Shown in pieces: positions 62,401 to 64,000 of a stretch of DNA of 64,000 nucleotides. The stretch covers positions 12,474-76,473 of the forward strand of contig JBNMKZ010000003.1 in NCBI GenBank assembly GCA_050874585.1, in the 5' to 3' direction. Within the stretch, counting starts at the first letter, position 1; every line of letters begins with the position of its first letter. This DNA comes from Verrucomicrobiota bacterium. Lineage in GTDB: Bacteria; Verrucomicrobiota; Kiritimatiellia; RFP12; UBA1067. Position numbers and translations under genes: made by a program. The notes below the pieces were generated by a model. That model searched no databases. It was not told the DNA's origin and worked only from the letters and a program-made list of their open reading frames with translations.

Positions 62401-64000
62401 GTCGCGAAGAGTGCGGTGGCCGGGAAGTTCGAGGGGATGATCGCCGGACTCCGGGGAGTCAGCACGGCTACGGCCTCCGCGACCCTGTCGGCGAACCTGC
62501 ACACGGCGGCCGTCGCAAGGACGGCGGTTGCCGCAAAGTTCTCCGGAATCGTGGCGACTCTGAAGGGCCTCAACCGGGCGACAATCGCCGCCACGGTCTC
62601 GGCAAAAGCCCATGCGGCGGCCGAAACCCTCGGCAGTCTCGCCGCAAAGGCTTCCACGGCCGCCCACACGGCGTTTGCGGCGGTCAGCGCGGCAGTCTCC
62701 GCCTCCCACGCGAAAGCCGCGCTGGGGGCGGCTGCGGCGGGGACGGCGAACGTCGCCCTGGCGCTCACGACCAAGCTCGTGGCGACTGGCTACCTCGCGG
62801 CGGCGTCTGCGGCGGCGGCGTTCTGCGCGATCCCGATCACGTGGGTGCTGATCGCCGTCGTCGGTGCTCTCGTCGGACTCTGCGCCTACATGGCCTCGGC
62901 CACGAAGCACACTGCGTCCCTGTCGGACGAGATGGGCAAGCTCCGGGAGAAGGGTGACGACCTCCGGGCGACGGATCAGCTCCGCATGGAGCGGCTCCAG
63001 CAGCTCGCCGAGAAGGAGAACCTCAACAACGCCGAAATGCAGGAGGCCGAGAAGCTCTCGAACCAGCTGAAAAGCCGGTACGGGGCGCTGGGCATCAGCA
63101 TCGACAAGGCGACCGGCTCGATCACGATGGCGACCGACGCGCAGGAGCGGTTCAACGCCGCGATGAAGGCGCAGGCGCTCCAGCAGGTCGGAGCCGAGAT
63201 GGCCGAGCTTCAGAAGAACATCCGGGAACTCGGCGAGGAGAACGAATCGCTCTGCGGCTTCTGGGTGAATGCTTGGAACACGATCACCTTCCGCATGGAC
63301 AAGGCGGCGAACGACATCACCGAGAACGGGAAGAAGATCGACGAGGCCATGTCGAAGCTCGCCGAAGCCCGCAAGCGGAGGGACGCGATTCTCGGCAACG
63401 AGGAGGGGTCTCTCACCGGCGGCAAGACCGAAAAGGAGCAGCTCGAGGCCAATGTCGAGAAGGGGCGTCAGGAGAAGGGCGCGTCCCGCGAGGACGCGGA
63501 GCGGGCGGCGAAGAAACTCGCCGACATCGAGAAGAAGCTGACCCGCGAACAGCGCACCGAGCTGGAGAATGAGATCTCCGACATCCGGGAGCTGCGCGAC
63601 GAGTACAAGCAGCTCATCCAGACCGTCCTTTCCTTCGAGAAATCGAAGAAGCAGAAGGACTTGGAGAAGATCGCCGACCTTAAGGGCCGTCTCGCAGAGG
63701 CGGATGCGGTCGCCGAGAGGCGCATCGCCGCCGCAAACGAAAGGGCGAAGCGGAAGTTCGACAAGGAGATCTCCGACCTGCAGGGCGAATTCGACCAGGC
63801 GGCCGAGGACGTAGCGCGGAACCGCAAGGAGGGCGAGACCGACCGGCAGGTCGACAAGACCTTGAAGGCCGATCCGGCGGCGGGCATGAAGCTCCTTCAG
63901 AACCTCGTCAACCAGGCGAGGGCGGCGGCCGACCAGGCCAAGGCGGACTTCGCGAAGGCGATTGCAGACGCTTCTGCGGACGGGAAGGTGACGGACGAGG
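59479..64000 (+). CDS. Tail tape-measure protein (partial, runs off the window)
   Basis: The ATG 59479 frame is open to the window end. TP901-type TMP core 'FDDKMRLVQAVT...TAQQVADAMIGLGRMGF...LTATANGSAQT'. It is not in the ORF track because it has no stop. Confidence 0.85.
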   Translation, partial: MSANANIRAGRAYVEVTAETSKLKQNLNAAQSQLRDFGKACQGLGRDMMALGGALSLPFILAERSFAGFDDKMRLVQAVTSSTGDQFTELTKTAQRLGRETSFTAQQVADAMIGLGRMGFNPSEIVSAIDSVLNLSRATGTDLSEAADIAANSLRIFGLEAGKMSQVADVLTATANGSAQTLTDLFEGLKMAAPQAASCGESIEETCAALGVMANMGIKGSLAGTALRKAFVQFADTKVQAILREVGVESVDASGNLRKMAAVMRDIAVATAKMPTAERLSFMKDVFDVRGMMSGISLSGNIDEMDKFLARLKDVTGTADETARAMDRGIGGSFRLFQSAVEGTMNAVGEALTETLKPMTDDVTAVINTFTKWVEANRGLVTSVAATVASVAALGGALFVLGTTSRVLGVGVGVVSKAVTGVTGLFGLLAKKGIVASNAFSLMARAFADYRNASVPALVGTSKLLAALNLPIDSRAKQIAANLVLMSNAETAAVAKSAIAAKFASFEAALKRINVATVTATVSAKLHGIALAKAAVAAKFDGMIAGIRGLIASTVAATVSAKLHGLALARTAMAAKFDGMIAALRNLNVTTAAATISAKMHTAAVAKTAVAAKFGGMLAALKGVNAATVAATVSAKLHTLAVAKTGVAAKFGAMLTALKGVNAATIAATVSAKMHTVAVAKTALAAKFSGMVNALRGVNAATIAATVSAKLHTAAVAKTAVAARFGSMVAALKGVNAATVTATASANAHTLAVGRTSVAARFGSMLVQLKGVNLATVAAAASARLHGLTLAKSAAAGKFGGLVNSLKGVNFATVAATLSAKLHGIAVAKSAVAAKFDGMISALKGVNAATVTAAISARLHTAAVAKTAIAAKFDGMVSALRGVNLATIAATISAKLHAVAVAKTAIAAKFEGMIASLKGVNLATVAATLSANLHTAAVAKTAVAARFEGLISSIRSLNLQTIAATLSAKMHTLAVAKSAVAGKFEGMIAGLRGVSTATASATLSANLHTAAVARTAVAAKFSGIVATLKGLNRATIAATVSAKAHAAAETLGSLAAKASTAAHTAFAAVSAAVSASHAKAALGAAAAGTANVALALTTKLVATGYLAAASAAAAFCAIPITWVLIAVVGALVGLCAYMASATKHTASLSDEMGKLREKGDDLRATDQLRMERLQQLAEKENLNNAEMQEAEKLSNQLKSRYGALGISIDKATGSITMATDAQERFNAAMKAQALQQVGAEMAELQKNIRELGEENESLCGFWVNAWNTITFRMDKAANDITENGKKIDEAMSKLAEARKRRDAILGNEEGSLTGGKTEKEQLEANVEKGRQEKGASREDAERAAKKLADIEKKLTREQRTELENEISDIRELRDEYKQLIQTVLSFEKSKKQKDLEKIADLKGRLAEADAVAERRIAAANERAKRKFDKEISDLQGEFDQAAEDVARNRKEGETDRQVDKTLKADPAAGMKLLQNLVNQARAAADQAKADFAKAIADASADGKVTDE
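60871..62646 (+). repeat. 15 in-phase tandem 111-nt (37-aa) repeats inside the tape-measure gene, plus a degenerate unit at each end
   Basis: The K/R-F codon pair recurs every 111 nt from 60982 (60982, 61093, 61204 ... 62536). Unit consensus is about 'KFDGMIAALKGVNAATVAATVSAKLHTAAVAKTAVAA'. Confidence 0.85.

Larger units (their letters stand above)
15152..64000. mobile_element. Integrated tailed prophage (lambda/HK97-like head and tail modules); left end at tRNA-Val, right end beyond the window
   Basis: A serine integrase lies next to the tRNA, followed by replication, packaging (TerL, gpW-like, lambda-family portal), capsid, tail tube, G/GT chaperone and tape-measure genes. A phage-specific repeated promoter-like motif occurs only in this region. 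Confidence 0.85.

Noticed and set aside
60825-62910. 468-aa and 680-aa minus-strand ORFs with striking internal repeats (e.g. 'FAATAVLATAAVCSFAE...').
   Set aside because: They are mirror images of the 111-nt repeat array in the + strand tape-measure gene, whose frame is continuous from the TMP core motifs.

Overview
High-GC bacterial chromosomal segment. I cannot name the taxon from the sequence. Bases 1-15151 are ordinary housekeeping genes on the + strand: D-aminoacylase, polysaccharide deacetylase, rpe, coaC-like, GT2 mannosyltransferase, MFS transporter, rsmI, lactonase, acyltransferase, mannose-1-P guanylyltransferase, truA, mraY-like, argH and an ABC ATPase. They end at a tRNA-Val(TAC). 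From about 15152 to the window end (more than 48 kb, right end not in the window) lies an integrated lambda/HK97-like tailed prophage. In order it carries: (i) a large serine recombinase with a DUF2924 partner; (ii) a ~13 kb cargo block holding a methylase-TRD fusion, a complete type I R-M (hsdM/S/R), a YgjP-like hydrolase and a more AT-rich four-gene DUF3732 (ABC-3C-like) ATPase cassette; (iii) an ECF-like sigma factor; (iv) a recombination/replication module (PD-(D/E)XK exonuclease, AAA_24 ATPase, DUF669, RusA, SF2 helicase, prim-pol/DUF3987); (v) a divergent-promoter control region and an iteron/AT-rich origin-like region; (vi) a ParB-methylase, a MetK-like SAM synthetase and a C5-methylase with an in-frame HNH insertion; (vii) packaging, head and tail genes up to a tape-measure gene with 15 in-phase 111-nt repeats. 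The most notable non-genic signal is a bipartite motif, CGGGACT-N13-CCTCGAAAAACGTG, present seven times. All copies are inside the prophage and all lie upstream of operons, including the sigma gene itself. All coordinates were counted by hand and small motifs may be off by 1-2 nt. No homology search was run, so family names rest on motifs I recognise.
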